From assembly GCA_951406725.2 (NCBI GenBank), contig OX597832.1:16492001-16556000 (forward strand): a stretch of 64,000 nucleotides of DNA, read 5' to 3'. Below the pieces are notes generated by a model, which had not been told where the DNA came from, did no database searches, and saw only the letters and a list, made by a program, of their open reading frames with translations. Both the position numbers and the translations under genes were made by a program. Positions 28,244 to 42,750 of the stretch are shown piece after piece (position 1 is the stretch's first letter; every line of letters begins with the position of its first letter). The DNA comes from Octopus vulgaris. Its lineage: Eukaryota.

Positions 28244-29373
28244 ACCCCGAGTGAGTCATATTACGAAACTATCCAGAACATTTCATAGACGGTTTCATGT
28301 AATACGACCCTATTGAGGGCTTATCTGAGTACTCTACCCTCACCCCCCCCCCAGAAAGAATGGGTATAATATAGATAGATATCTTCGTAATTTGCTACTC
28401 CAGGATGGCTACGGATTAATTGATTATGAGAAGTAATAAATGATCAATTATGTCACCAGTGTATAGGAAAGAATCATTTAAGCGAACAACTACCAAATTA
28501 GAAAAAGTATACATTCTAACATATTCAGTCCAATTTCATAACTACCACGACAGTTCTAAATCCAAACTTATTTTGCTCGATATAATTAAATACTTTCCCT
28601 ATGTCTCAACTTATATTTTCTTAAATATTTTAAAAAGGAATTTTTGTTTCTTTTGTAGAGGTGTCGATAATTCTGTCATCGTAGGGAAATAAATGAATCT
28701 TTAATATTTCTTGGAACTGAGATTGCGATAAAATGTCACGTCACAAAGTACATTTCTTTTCCTATAATGTTGCAGGTGTGTTTCGAGACTGGATTTATAA
28801 CTCTTAGATTCCCTGACGAAAAGAATTACCCATCGGAGATCGGACGTCACTGATAGCGTATTAAATTTTCATTACATCAAATGTCAATTACACAGGTTTC
28901 GAAAATATATTTGTACATTGCAATATATTTACGAAATGAAGGCAACCTAAGATATTGGTAAACATTTATAGATTTCTATTACGAAACGTTTATATATATA
29001 TATCTTTCTTCAAAAATGCTGACACCGTATATACGATTTTTCTAATGGTATTAAATAGCACTTGAATTATTTGATATTATACGAATATTTTTATAATATT
29101 TAATTTGAACAACAATGATTTCTAGTAAAATATATATTCATCTACGTAATTTCATTTATCAATGTCTTCGGAAACTACTGCGGTAATCGTCCTTCCTTGT
29201 CCTGTTTTTGAGATAAAGCATCGCATATTTTACCAATAATTATCTTAAATATTTCCTTTCTCTTTCATCGTACTGGAAAGATCATATTCCATTTCTTATT
29301 TTTATTATTTGGAATTTCTGTTCTCCAAATATAATATATTAATTTCCATTTAAATATTTTATTTCATTATTCT

Positions 29374-29430
29374 AAAGCATGTATTAAAATAACTTCCCTG
29401 TATCAAAGCATGTATTAAAATAACTTCCCT
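29374..29430. repeat. 26-bp direct tandem duplication
   Basis: AAAGCATGTATTAAAATAACTTCCCT occurs twice, 5 bp apart. Confidence 0.85.
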
Positions 29431-30319
29431 TCCAATCTGTAATTCATACGAAGCACAAACTGTTGTGGATACTCAATACATTGGAGCATTCTTTATTTTA
29501 TTTTTCCTGCCATTCTCTTTTTAATAATATAATCTATTCAAACAACAGTTAACAATAGTCACTTTCAAACGCCACTTACAAATATAGAGTAGGATATTTC
29601 TTTTCATTTACTCTCTCTCCCTCACACCATGCTAGACACCCTTTAGATTACCTCCCACTTCCTTGTCACTGTTTTCCTGACTGCATTCTAAAATAGTTAT
29701 ATTGTTTTACTTCTCACCGTTTCCACTGATACACTTTGTTATATCACAATAGAATTAGTTGAAAATATCTTAGTAACTATTGCATATTTCTCATCTTTTT
29801 TCGTAACCATCTGGGTTTTCTCATTTCTTGTTTTGCATTATTCTTTTTAATTAAATTTATTTTCCGTTTCTATTTCTTCGCGATTCCCAGATTCTTCCTA
29901 TCCATATTCCACTAATATATATTCTATATCCGAGCTCTTCTTTTACTGTATCGTTTCCTTTCATACAGCGATTCGTTCAAACGTCAGGTTTCTTTATGCG
30001 TAATGAATCATTAGAAAAGACATTTTTTATAGCCTATTTTCTCACTAAGGTATTTTCAAAACTATATTTTCATAAAGGCGGAATGCTTTCAAAAACAGAA
30101 TTTGACCCGACAATCAGACAAAACAAGCTGAGAGCCTCGGTCATTCAACTGCGTCTATTATTATAAAGATCATTTTTCAAAAAGAGTTTCCTGCAAATAT
30201 CGTATAAATACCAGGCGCTTACTTGTCAGCGTGTGATTGTGTGAGGGTGTGAGTTTGTGTGTGTGACTGTGCGCTTGTCTGTCCGTATATGTGAATGTTT
30301 GTAATTTCTCTGTGTCCAA

Positions 30320-30530
30320 ATGTTTCTCTGATTTCTCTACGTCTGGGACAGAATTCTGTACCATTTAAGAAGAGGTAGGTTCCCAGGGTGTAATTGAGAG
30401 GATCAGGTAAATATATTTACTGACAGTTACCACAGATAAGATACGTTTTAATAAACATGTATCTGTGAGAGCATATAAGATTGACACATACCGATATACA
30501 CACATATATACAAACACATGTATATATATA
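30320..30530. repeat. Right arm of the inverted repeat, carrying the empty SINE target site
   Basis: Single copy of ATATAAGATTGACACATACC at 30473-30492. Confidence 0.85.
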
Positions 30531-30601
30531 CAATGTATATATATATATACACATGTATATATATATATATTTATATATATATATATATACACATGTGTGT
30601 G

Positions 30602-30665
<64 letters not shown>

Positions 30666-30682
30666 GTGTGTGTGTGTATATT

Positions 30683-30735
<53 letters not shown>

Positions 30736-30754
30736 GTATATATATGTATGTATG

Positions 30755-30833
<79 letters not shown>

Positions 30834-33516
30834 TATATAAATGTTTCAGTGTCTGTGTGTGTGTCTTTGTGTCTGCGTGTATGCGCGCGTATAGTGTGAT
30901 TATATCTTATCACACACCGAATAGGAGACAGCTGATCAATGTATATAAAAGTTTAAAAAAAAGAAACCGTTAACAAAACATAAAATTATAATTGAATAAA
31001 AATGTTGAAAATGTAATTTACTGGAAATAATATTTGTGCTCACAATATAAGCCGACATCTTGCAACACAATAGGATAAAATACAATAGTATATTGTGAAT
31101 ATACAAACATATATGTGTGTATGTGTGTATCCGTATATATACACATATACTCGTACACATACGCACATATATAATATTTAATATATGTGTGTGTAATTAT
31201 ATATATGTATATATAAACATTTAGACACGTATATGCAAATATATATATATATATACATATGCACATATATATATACACACACACATATATATATATACAT
31301 ATATATATGTATATACGCACATATATGTATACACATATATATATATATACACACATATATGTATACACATATATACACATAAATACATATACACACATAT
31401 ATATAAATATATACACATAAATGCATATATATACACACACACATATATATACACACATATATACACACACACATATATATACACACATATATATATATAT
31501 ATATAGATGGATATACATATGTTTATGTTCACATATACATGGCTGGTAATATGAAATCGATAATATATAACTTTATACTGTATATACGTATGGCCAAATA
31601 TGCATGCATACGAGTATCTTTATGAGTATATATCTATGAATATATATATGTATATAGTCTCGTCTGTATATATATACACATACACAGACAGCAAGGTATA
31701 CACATACATCGTCACAGAAACCTATTCATACAAGCACATACGCAAACAAGAAATCACTCTCACATATTCTCATACATACACTCGCATGCGCACATGCAGA
31801 CACACTGACACACACACACGCTCGAACGCTTCCATACACACACACACACATGCCTACACACACACACACACACACACACACAGGTATATATTAATATCGG
31901 AACGGTCATATCCGATAAGACTTAATTAAATTTTCTTCGCTATACAAGATTTATAAAATTAGTCTCAAACATTGATAAAATCTTTCTGAAAGATATTTCA
32001 TTATGTCTGTGTTTGCTGTTGAGTGCAAATGAGTATGTGTTGCTTAGCATAACTGAAAATAACATTATTTTCAAGCGTATTAGTGAGACTCCGCTCTGTT
32101 TTGTTTTTTTACTGATCTGCCAGAAATAGTTTAGAAAAGGCCCTCACATTCACAAACAACATAACCTCTTTAAACGGGAAGGTCGTGTGGGATTACGCAC
32201 TTTTATTTACACTGTGTCATGTAAATTGTAAATAGAATTTCGGTTTTGTTAACAGGCTTGTAAAACTAAAACTGACCTACGACCAGGAACGAAAGGAAAC
32301 TTCTAAGCAAGACGATGTAAATCAAATGAAAAAAAAACACTCGTAAAAAATTTACTCGTTATACTACTAAGCAAGAACCGTCGCATTCTACAATATAGTC
32401 ATATGTATGAACACAATATGTTATTATCGCGGCTGATGTGTCATAAGATATAATTCTTATTCGCGCTAGTAATACATAACAACTATATGGAAACAACAGC
32501 TACGATATCAACATTGTTTTAATACTCCCAGAGAAATTGGAAGTAGTGTGTTTTTATGGAAGTTACAGAATGCTTGTGCGTTTGAGACGTTTCCAGTGTG
32601 CAATATCTTTGCTAATAATTATAATGAGAAGAACGGTGATGACAATAGTTCTATAAGATTGTGCCCGTTCAACAAGTTATATTCCAGAAAGACATATCTC
32701 CTTTTCTAATGTACATTGTACATTTCATTTAACAGTACATTTAATTTTAAAAAATGATTTGTTCAGAAACATGAGAAACAACGAAGCCACGCTTCTTTGG
32801 AAGCCATCATATAAGATATAGCATTGTGATACATTATCGCTTTAAGCAATAGTAACTCTTAAAAACTGGAGATTTGTAAAGTAACACAGTGGAGGTTAAA
32901 ACGAAGGTGTTGGAAATCAATAGCCCCAGCCACGGTCGGGAGGCAAAATCTTTACTTGACCACAATATGGTTTCGGATTCAGTTTCTTTTGTGCTTATTA
33001 CTGTTGCCACGGTCTGGCCAAAACTATTTTGGGGATTCGGTACACTGGATTTCAAAACTCACGTCGAATATAAGAGTTTATATGTATTTCTGTGTATTAA
33101 TATGTATGTATGTATATGTGTGTGTTTGTGTCTTCTTTCCTCTCTACATAACTTAGCATTTCCGCAAAAGTGACCGATAAAATAAGAATCTGGTTTTCAA
33201 ATTATGTGCTCTGGTTGATTTACTTAGCTTAAACTCATCGAGAATGTCTCCCATTCTAGCCCACTCTAAAGGCTGAAAACAGCAAAAGATTAGATGTATA
33301 TATAAACCGTTGTTGGTTGATCTATATCGTAAAAAAAAATATCAAACCAAATTTGTGATCAAAAGCCTTATCCGGACCAAACATATACAGAAAACTCAAA
33401 GACAAATTTATCAGACAAATTTATCTGTACCGCTAACAATACCTGGTGTTTGAAACTTGTGAATGTCTTATTATATTACATTTCTGATTACATATTAATT
33501 TTTATAGCGACTTGAC

Positions 33517-33850
33517 ATGCCATAGGAGTTAGAAGTAAATTTGTAGAGCATAATAGTCAGTGAGGTTGCATTGTGGGCTATTTTGAGGCGGCGTATCCAG
33601 TCTAAGATTGCACGAATCTTTAGAACAACACTTTCCACGGCAAGCAAAGTGATTGTGCAATTCATCAGCAAAGTAAAGGCAATGACAATGTTCCAATCAG
33701 ATTGACTTAACTCCTCTGATGCGTGTAGAAGATGTGTGAAGCAGATAACTAAAAATAATCCCCAAATGATTCGGAGTACTTCCATGACATCAACTTTGCT
33801 ACTGTAACAGAGCAGGCAGTTAGAACACAAACTCTTCTTCAACCAGCGAA
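33517..33850 (+). mobile_element. Possible decayed Tc1-like transposase N-terminus
   Basis: Hand translation MP*ELEVNL*SIIV...QSKIARIFRTTLSTASKVIVQF...QSD*L..DACRRCVKQITKNNPQM resembles the Tc1 HTH and GRP region. Confidence 0.35.
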
Positions 33851-34180
33851 CAAATACTAAACGAACAAATAAAACTTTCAACAATGATGTGGTGTCTATT
33901 CATTTTTGAGATATGTATATTTATTTTTGTATGATATATCAGTTGTGTCTTTAAAGAGCAAGGTTGGTCTCAAAAGGAAAAAAATTGCAGCTACTTTTGT
34001 CATCAAACAAATGAATTGAGCCTACTTCATTATGTGAAAACGATTTGGACAGCGCAAGACGCTAAAGAAAGTTACATGGATTTCCGAAGGAGTTCAAATT
34101 CAATTGTAGTAATAGCTTTACAATTCAGATCTAAATTTTAAGATAGTGATCATGCATAGGAGCAGTGTGGTAAGTAGCAT

Positions 34181-34582
34181 AGGCGCAGGAGTGGCTGTGT
34201 GGTAAGTAGCTTATTGAATAACCACATGGTTCTGGGTTCTGTTCCACTGCGTGGCATCTTGTGCACGTGTCTTATACTATAGCATCTGGCAACCTAAAGC
34301 CTACTAAGCTGATTTGGTAGACGGAAACTGAAAGAAGTCCGTCGTATATACGTATATGTATATATGTGTGTGTGTTTGTGTGTCTTAGTTCGTCCTCCTC
34401 CCCCAGTATCACTTGACAACAGATGATGGTGTGTTTACGTCCCTGTAACTTAGCGGTTCGGCAATCGAGACAGATAGAATAAGCACTAGGCTTACGAAGA
34501 ATAAGTCCTGGGTTCGATTTGCTTTACTAAAAGGCGGTGCTCCAGCAAGGCCGCAGTCAAATGACTGAAACAAGTAAAAGAG
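34181..34582 (+). mobile_element. SINE family A, full length
   Basis: Matches the 4084 copy. A short duplicate of the head lies at 34155-34178. Confidence 0.9.
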
Positions 34583-34631
34583 CAGGCATGATGGTGTGTA
34601 ATGGCTTGATGGTTTCCTTTGGTGGTACTGA

Positions 34632-34864
34632 AAGGCGGCGAGCTGGCAGAAACGTTAACACGCCGGGCGAAATGCTCAGTGGTATTTAGTCTGCCATTAC
34701 GTTGTGAGTTCAAATTCCGCCGAGGTCGACTTTGCACTTCATCATTTCGGGGTCGATAAATTAAGTACCAGATACACACAGGGGTTCATATAATTGACTT
34801 AATCTGGTTCTCTGTCCTTGTTTGTTCCTTCCGTGTTTAGCCCCTTGTGGGTAGTACAGAAATA
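34632..34864 (+). mobile_element. SINE family B, full length, 8-bp TSD
   Basis: TSD GGTACTGA at 34624-34631 and 34865-34872. Confidence 0.9.
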
Positions 34865-36107
34865 GGTACTGATTAGCTACGGTTCAGCTCCGTTGTGAGC
34901 AAGTTTAAAATTCTATATAACATGCGTTTCTAAATTCAAAACTACTCCCTCTAATATCCATTCCCCTGTAATATGGGTGGTATGATTTGTTTCATAGAGA
35001 TGTGACTTTTATTATAACACGTCGATCTATGATATACATAATGGTCCATTAGCTTATACCATGCAAGACGTCAAATAGAGTATGTCGTATTTGGGATATC
35101 TTGGATCATTTACACAACGAAATCCTATTAAATATGTTAGAATTGAAGCTAAATTTCCTCTCCAAGGACTGTTACGTGTAACGCTTTTAGTATAAGGTTA
35201 AACAGAACAGAAACGTGAATATGAAGGGAAAATTTTTCCCGAAGAATTGTGTCACATTATTTTCTAATAACTCGAAATGTGTGTTTTTATGGCTAACAAT
35301 AGATAACGTTAGAAAATTAAGGCAGTGCAATAAGAAAATCTAGGAACGCCATAGACAAAGAAAACGAACTAGCGTTATGTTGCCTTTGAGCTATAGTATC
35401 TCTTCTTGTTACAGTCTATATTGCAGTTCACTAAATACTGTGTGCATTTCTTTGGAGATGCATCAATGTTAAACTAATAATGTTCCTGTCATCAGATAAT
35501 GTTCTTCGTTAATAAATCATGATTACTCGAAATAAAACGTTTTCGAACAAAATAAAAAACATCACACAAAAAAAAACTCATCTTTGAAAACACATTTAGC
35601 TTCATTTATCTTGATTTTGTAGGGCGTGTGATTATATCCCACGGGTGGTAAGGGTCAGAGTTAAAGAGCGCGAAACGGAAACAGAGACAGTGAGAAAGTG
35701 GGTGAAAGAGGGAAAGAGAAAAAGAGAGAGTGAGGGGGGTGAGAAAGACAGTGAGAGAGGAAGAGAGAAAGTGTGTTGTGGAAGTACATGATATGTATAT
35801 AAAAAAATCACCTTCGTGAAATTCATCTGTCTTCAGTTTATCCTACTGACAAAAATATCATTCGAAAGTATTCTAATGCGACATGAGGTAAATTATGAAA
35901 GACACCCCTTAAGTAGGGCTCATCTGGATTCGAATTATAACTACGTTAGTACGGCAAACGATGATTTCAAGGCCTTCAGTTCGGAGCATGCCTTATTTCA
36001 TACAGTACCTACCTAAGCAAAGATATATATTCAAAATGTGACCACATGTGTATCGTTGGCGATCTTTTTCATCTGTCTTCCCTTCCTTGAATCTTTCCTT
36101 TTCCTAC

Positions 36108-36142
36108 GTTTCTGACGAAGAGCTCCGCTCGAAAGGTTAAAT
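36108..36142 (+). ncRNA. Minimal hammerhead motif with one stem III lesion, in a pLTR-like element (about 36050-36240)
   Basis: GTTT-CTGACGA-A-GAGC-TCC-GCTC-GAAA-GGTT-AAAT, where GAAACGTT is expected. The element ends TTAACT(TA)n. Confidence 0.65.
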
Positions 36143-36236
36143 CATCCTTCTTTCTCTCCTTTCCTGAACGTCCAATAACACTATACTTGTTCCACGTCGT
36201 TACGTTGTTGTGTTTTCATGTTTGGATTAACTTTAA

Positions 36237-36303
<67 letters not shown>

Positions 36304-36344
36304 GTGGCCATAGTATATATGTCAGTAAGAATAAGTGTATGGAA

Positions 36345-36552
36345 ATGTGTGTCTGTGTGTTTGTTCCCACACCATAATTTGACAACCGTTCTTGGTATAT
36401 TTATGTACCCGCCACCAAGTAGTTCAGCTAAAGATACAGGTAGAAAAAGTACTTCGTTTAGAGAGAATAAGTCTTGGGGTCGAGCTTTTCGACTAAAGGG
36501 GGGGGGGGCTCCAGCATGACCGCAGTGAAATGCCTGAATCAAGTAACAGAAT
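36345..36552 (+). mobile_element. SINE A 3' half, diverged
   Basis: TTGACAACCG...GCTCCAGCATGACCGCAGTGAAATGCCTGAATCAAGTAA. Confidence 0.7.
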
Positions 36553-36607
36553 AATAATATACATACATATACATAAATACATACATATATATGAACATAT
36601 ATATATG

Positions 36608-36738
<131 letters not shown>

Positions 36739-36944
36739 CCAGAAAGTTATAGATTGTGAATCCAACCAGCTAAGGGATAATATCTATCCAATATACTGCT
36801 GGTAGAATACACAATTGCGTTTTAATTATATTACAATTACATTACCGAGCGTACTAAATGGGTGAAGGTAAGGAGATAATTTTATCATGATTTTATAGTG
36901 CAATAAGTAAATGGAGGGGATCAAGAGGTGGTTCATCAAATTTT

Positions 36945-37235
36945 AGATATTATATTATGTCAACTTATTTATTTAGTTACTAAAATGACGATTACAAGAA
37001 TAGACATACAGGTATAACGTATGCTTTACAGATAGAATATGTTAATATATAAAGATACGAGTAATTATTAAAATATTTATATGATTGTATGTTATATCTT
37101 AATAATTACTGGTATCCTTATATATTACTATATTTTATATCTTATATGTAAAGCATAATATGTTATACATGTATATATATTTTTGTAATTGCAATTTCAG
37201 TAAATACATAACTGAGTTGACAATTTAATGTCTAA
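36945..37235. repeat. Old imperfect palindrome of about 290 bp
   Basis: 36945-37075 aligns with the reverse complement of 37093-37235, with indels. Confidence 0.7.
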
Positions 37236-37261
37236 GCGACACACACGTAAGTATATATATA

Positions 37262-37814
<553 letters not shown>

Positions 37815-38394
37815 ACACACATATATGCAAAAACCTTCTTTCACTTTCCGTCTGCCAAATCAATTCACAAGGCGATAATGGAGGGCATTGCCCTAGACGG
37901 CACGCAGTTGAATGACATTGGAAACATGTGAATGGAAAGCATAGTACTTACCATAAACTCAATCCTTCGTCTACATTTTTATTCTATTAATTTTCGAACA
38001 CATTGTATGTAACCACGGTCCTTACATCAATTTCATAGAATGGGTTTTCTAATACATATACATTAAAACTCATATAAGTTACATTTACACCTATTGTTTG
38101 ACATTTATCTAGCCTCATTCGTATATATTAATGGTATATGAAGGTGGCAAGAAGACGCTTAATAGCTTACCTTGTTTGCTTTCTACAATTCGGAGAGACT
38201 GGTTATCTGTTAGTATTGTGAAATAAATGTTATAACGTCTTCTCACCTACTCCAGTCTAAATTGAAATTTGGTTCTTACATTAATGCGTAATGCCACTGG
38301 CATTGCCAATAATCACTCATTTCGGACGAGAATTACAATAAGTATTAGACATACAAACGTTTATCATAAATTGAGACTTAATATAACAAAGTGT

Positions 38395-38439
<45 letters not shown>

Positions 38440-38441
<2 letters not shown>

Positions 38442-38858
38442 TCACAATCAAGGAACGGCCATAATAGGCCAGTCACCCACTAGAAATAACAGCCAAAGCT
38501 TTAACCGCAAAATAACATTAATTCCGTAAACCAGGAGAAAATTAAAAAAAACATTTACCCTGTAATTTCTTATACGATGCACCGTTTCATCTACTGTTTA
38601 ATGGTAAACTAACCTGATTAAATTAAATCAAGAAATTACAGGGTAAATGTTTTTTTTAATTTTCTCCTGGTTTACGGAATTAATGTTATCTTGCGGTTAA
38701 AGCTTTGGCTGTTATTTCTAGTGGGTGAATGGCCTATTATGGCCGTTCCTTGATTGTGATGTTGAACTTATAAAGGGTCTATGACTATCTGATTTTTTCC
38801 CACTAGGCCGCTGGTGGCAAAAAAATTCTACAAAATTTTTTTTGCCACCCTATATTGA

Positions 38859-38862
<4 letters not shown>
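38440..38862 (+). mobile_element. Young Penelope-type pLTR-like element with a 132-bp 5' inverted duplication, between (TA)n tracts
   Basis: 38440-38571 is the reverse complement of 38630-38761 (about 2 mismatches). There is a subterminal hairpin GGTGGCAAAAAAA...TTTTTTTGCCACC, and the element ends TGATTAATTA(TA)n. A hammerhead 3' half lies on the minus strand at 38573-38588. Confidence 0.75.
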
Positions 38863-38948
<86 letters not shown>

Positions 38949-39324
38949 GGGGCTGCGTGTGTGCATGTGTGTTTGTGTATAGAAATTTTAATTTATATCC
39001 CATCAATTGCCATACACTGAATCAACGTCTAGAACGTTAGGAATTGTACATCTTTTATATATATATATATATATATATAAAAATATATCAATTTGTAAAG
39101 TTGTCGGTAATATCTTTGACTAGAAAAATAACTTAGCTTTTTAGAAAGCATAATGTCCTTTAAAACATTTGTAGATGAAAAATGTAGGTAAACAATATCT
39201 TTTTTACTTAACAACACATCGATGTTTCCTGAAATATTCTTTACAAGATGATCACAGTGGAGTGATGTGATAAGCCATTCAAAAACAAATCGGTAGTCCG
39301 CTCAATTCCGGTCGTAAGCTATCG

Positions 39325-39481
39325 AGAGATTAGTTATATTATTTACATTTCATGGATATTTGTCCCCATCTTGTTAGCACAACGTTAGGGCTGATGTACG
39401 CTGCAGGCTTCATCAGGTATCTTGGAGAAATTTCGAATCTTGGTTTTCATTCCGAAGGTATTTTTCTATGTTGTTGTGGTT

Positions 39482-39522
<41 letters not shown>

Positions 39523-39539
39523 TATTATTATTATTATTA

Positions 39540-39579
<40 letters not shown>

Positions 39580-39660
39580 CATTATTATTATTATTGTTAT
39601 CATTATTATTATTATTACTATTATTATCATTATTATCATTGTTGTTTTTGTTGTTGTTAT

Positions 39661-39750
<90 letters not shown>

Positions 39751-39965
39751 ATAAATTCATGTCACTGCCTGGAATTAAACTCGGAATCCTGAGGTTACTA
39801 TCTCGCACTCTTAACCCATTTCGAAATTTCCCCAAGACACGTGATGAAGGGTGGAGAATTATATGAGCCGAAACGATGTGTTAGAAACAAACAAGATGAG
39901 TACAAATATCAGTCAATTGTAAATAACGTACATAATTCCTCATCTCTTAAATATAGGACTGTAAT
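39325..39965 (-). mobile_element. tRNA-headed SINE-like element with internal (TAA)n and hammerhead-bearing tail, plus an inverted copy of the tail
   Basis: Minus strand reads tRNA-like head 39818-39759, microsatellite 39750-39481, tail 39470-39325. Plus strand 39819-39962 is an inverted copy of the tail. Hammerhead cores lie at 39377-39420 (-) and 39837-39881 (+). Confidence 0.65.
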
Positions 39966-40519
39966 ATTGGGAGATGTTTAACAGAACGCAATTCCGGGAA
40001 TATAACATCGCTTTGTCATTGATTCGAGACACGAGCTGTAATGGTAACTGAGGAATTATTTTTTAGATGCTTCCGGCAACTTACTCTGAAAAAGATTTTC
40101 CCAAATAATAATCTTGAAAATGTACATATATGCTTAATTAAATTATCATAACTCACCATATACATGTAATATTTTTCATATTTGCAAAAGTCTTACGCCA
40201 GTAACCTACCAGCAATATATATAAATACACACACACACATATGTTATCAAAATAAGCAACATAGATATCGAGAGGATATCCTTGACACTGGGGTAAAACA
40301 TCCCTGGATGTCCTTGTTGCTTCTTTTGATTTTAATCACCATTTTTGAAATGGATTTTAGCGACGAAAATATTTTGACAAATTAAACTTAAATGTTGAGG
40401 TGAATCGAACGGCTTTTGTGTGTTTCTTAAATGGCTTATAAACACCTTCCACGCTGCAATTGTTTTCGTTTCAGCACACGATCTCAGATCAAATTACTTG
40501 CTATGCGAATACATCTCCG

Positions 40520-40574
<55 letters not shown>

Positions 40575-40904
40575 TATTATTAGCTGCTTTACAGTAGTCC
40601 CTACTTTTAAGTTGAGGCAACGAGAAGATATAACGGATGGAGTGAGAGTGTTTATGAATTCAACTCGATAGATCTCAAACTCCTCCTCATTTGGGCATGA
40701 AACTGAATCCGTGCTTAAGTACGTATCAATTGCTCCTGATAAAATATTTGAACTTCCTTATTTATTGGCAGACAGTCAGAATTTGCAGGAGATAGAATTA
40801 CTCGTGTTTCTCCTTTTTTGTGACGTGCAGCTGTTGAGAATTTCTGGAACAGGTTGTTTCATAGCAGGAAGAAATAAGTACTTCTATAGCATGTAGTGGA
40901 ACAT

Positions 40905-41035
40905 CTTCGAGAACAGTGTTTAACTGGTATTTAATTTATCGACCCCGAAATGATGAAACGCAAATTCGAAATCTGCCGAAAATGAACTCAAAACGTAGCG
41001 ACGGACGACATACCGCTAAGGTAACTACCCGGAGC
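40905..41035 (-). mobile_element. Partial SINE B
   Basis: TAACTGGTATTTAATTTATCGACCCCGAAATGATGAAA...TACCGCTAAG. Confidence 0.75.
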
Positions 41036-41149
41036 AATACATTTATAATGCAACATGTCTCATTTTAACTAGAGAGAAAATAAACAGATATGCTCTGTAA
41101 TAAAACTTCGGAAACAAATAAAAGCAATTTTTTTATCTATGAGCTTGAG

Positions 41150-42750
41150 GCACTCGAGATACGAAAACAAACATATCATACACTCAGAGACGGTGTACTG
41201 CCAAAATGTTGACTCTGAACAGGCAGACCCATCTCCTAATGTCAGTAGCCATTATATCGAAGAGTTCTAGGCATTCTACACTATAAAGCTATTCCTGGGA
41301 GGCACAAGATTTACAAAAGAGTCATACCAAATATGGAGAAGAAGAATTATTGATAGAAGTGGAAATGTTTCGGAGAATACTCATACGAATGTCCGGCGAT
41401 ATATTCTGCGAGACGGAAAAATCCCCCAAACCGAAATGGACAATCAAATAGGTAAAATACATACGGAAAATAAGACAAAACACCTCATAAATTCAAACAA
41501 AGGGCCGCAATCAGGCAAAACCAGCACATCAGACGTTATATCTCCAGAAACGCATATGACACTACAGAAGAATGATGGGATAAATAACACCAATAACACA
41601 GCAAACAATAGATAAATAGCTAAACCAATGTAAAATCTCTACACAGTTACCCAACCCTGAAATACAAAGAACAGCATAGCAATTCAACGAACCACATAGA
41701 CAGGTGAATACTGAAGCAAAAACAACAACAAATATAATAACACACAAAATAACAGATCAGCTATAACCGAGGACGGAAGGAACCAACTGAAGAAATAACA
41801 AAAGTAGAACTGAACATTACACAGTCGATAATTATGGACAAGCGTAAACGTCTCCCCAGGCTACAGATAAATATACAGCTCTATAAGATGATAAATAAAT
41901 ACAACAGAGCGTTACAAGTAATAATGACCATATCAAAACACACAATAGATATTGACAAACAAAGTGGTTTGATTTACTCAACAGCCGTAGTGATATACAA
42001 GAAAAAAAAATCCAAAGCCAAATTTCAAACCCCAAATAGAAACAGATCGTAATAAATAAAATCCAGACACAACAGAAATATTTATCACTTCTTTGTGAAT
42101 TAGAGAAAACGGATAAAATATGAAAAAGCCCATAAAGCCAAACAATATAACATGACAAATAAAGATACCTTGGATGTAAAAGAATAAAATAAACAGGGCA
42201 TAGCAGAAAAACACCTCGTGCATAAGACGGTATGCGAAACAGAAATACTGCTTCCATCAAAATAGAGAATTCAAAATAGACACAAACTGTTTTTTTTTTA
42301 TAGAAAGTTAAACAAAACAATATCTATAACAATACATGCCATAATAACAACATCAGTGATTCAGTCATACTGGGAAGTAACATGGAACAAACCAACTAAA
42401 CACAATAAAAATGCTCAGTGGATGAGTAGGGAAAAGAAAAGGAAGACTGAATTAGAAGAGATATGGCCAACAATCACACGCCAAGGGGTCATGGACACAC
42501 TGAAGAGTAACAGCAACTGGTAAAGTCCAGAGATAGACACGGTTCCCATCTTCTGGTCGAAATACTTCACCAGTACCACAAGCACTTTTCGACCATGTTC
42601 AGTTTATTGATAACTGAGCCAAAATCAACACCAAACTGAATGCTGAAAGGACATACCAGCCTATTTTCCCCAAAGAGACACCTTACACCGACAAAATTAC
42701 TAACTAATAACCCGTCTGTCAGTATCCTATAAAACCCAAAGGTCACTCAT
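41150..42750 (+). mobile_element. Decayed R4/Dong-clade LINE, N-terminal region to start of RT
   Basis: Hand translation near 42410-42740 gives NAQWMSRE..IWPTITRQGVMDTLKSNSNW*SPEIDTVPIFWSK..PN*MLKGHTSL..NY*LITRLSVSYK, matching NWKSPGxDxxxNFWxK and YRPITCL. A-rich coding-strand bias. Confidence 0.6.
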
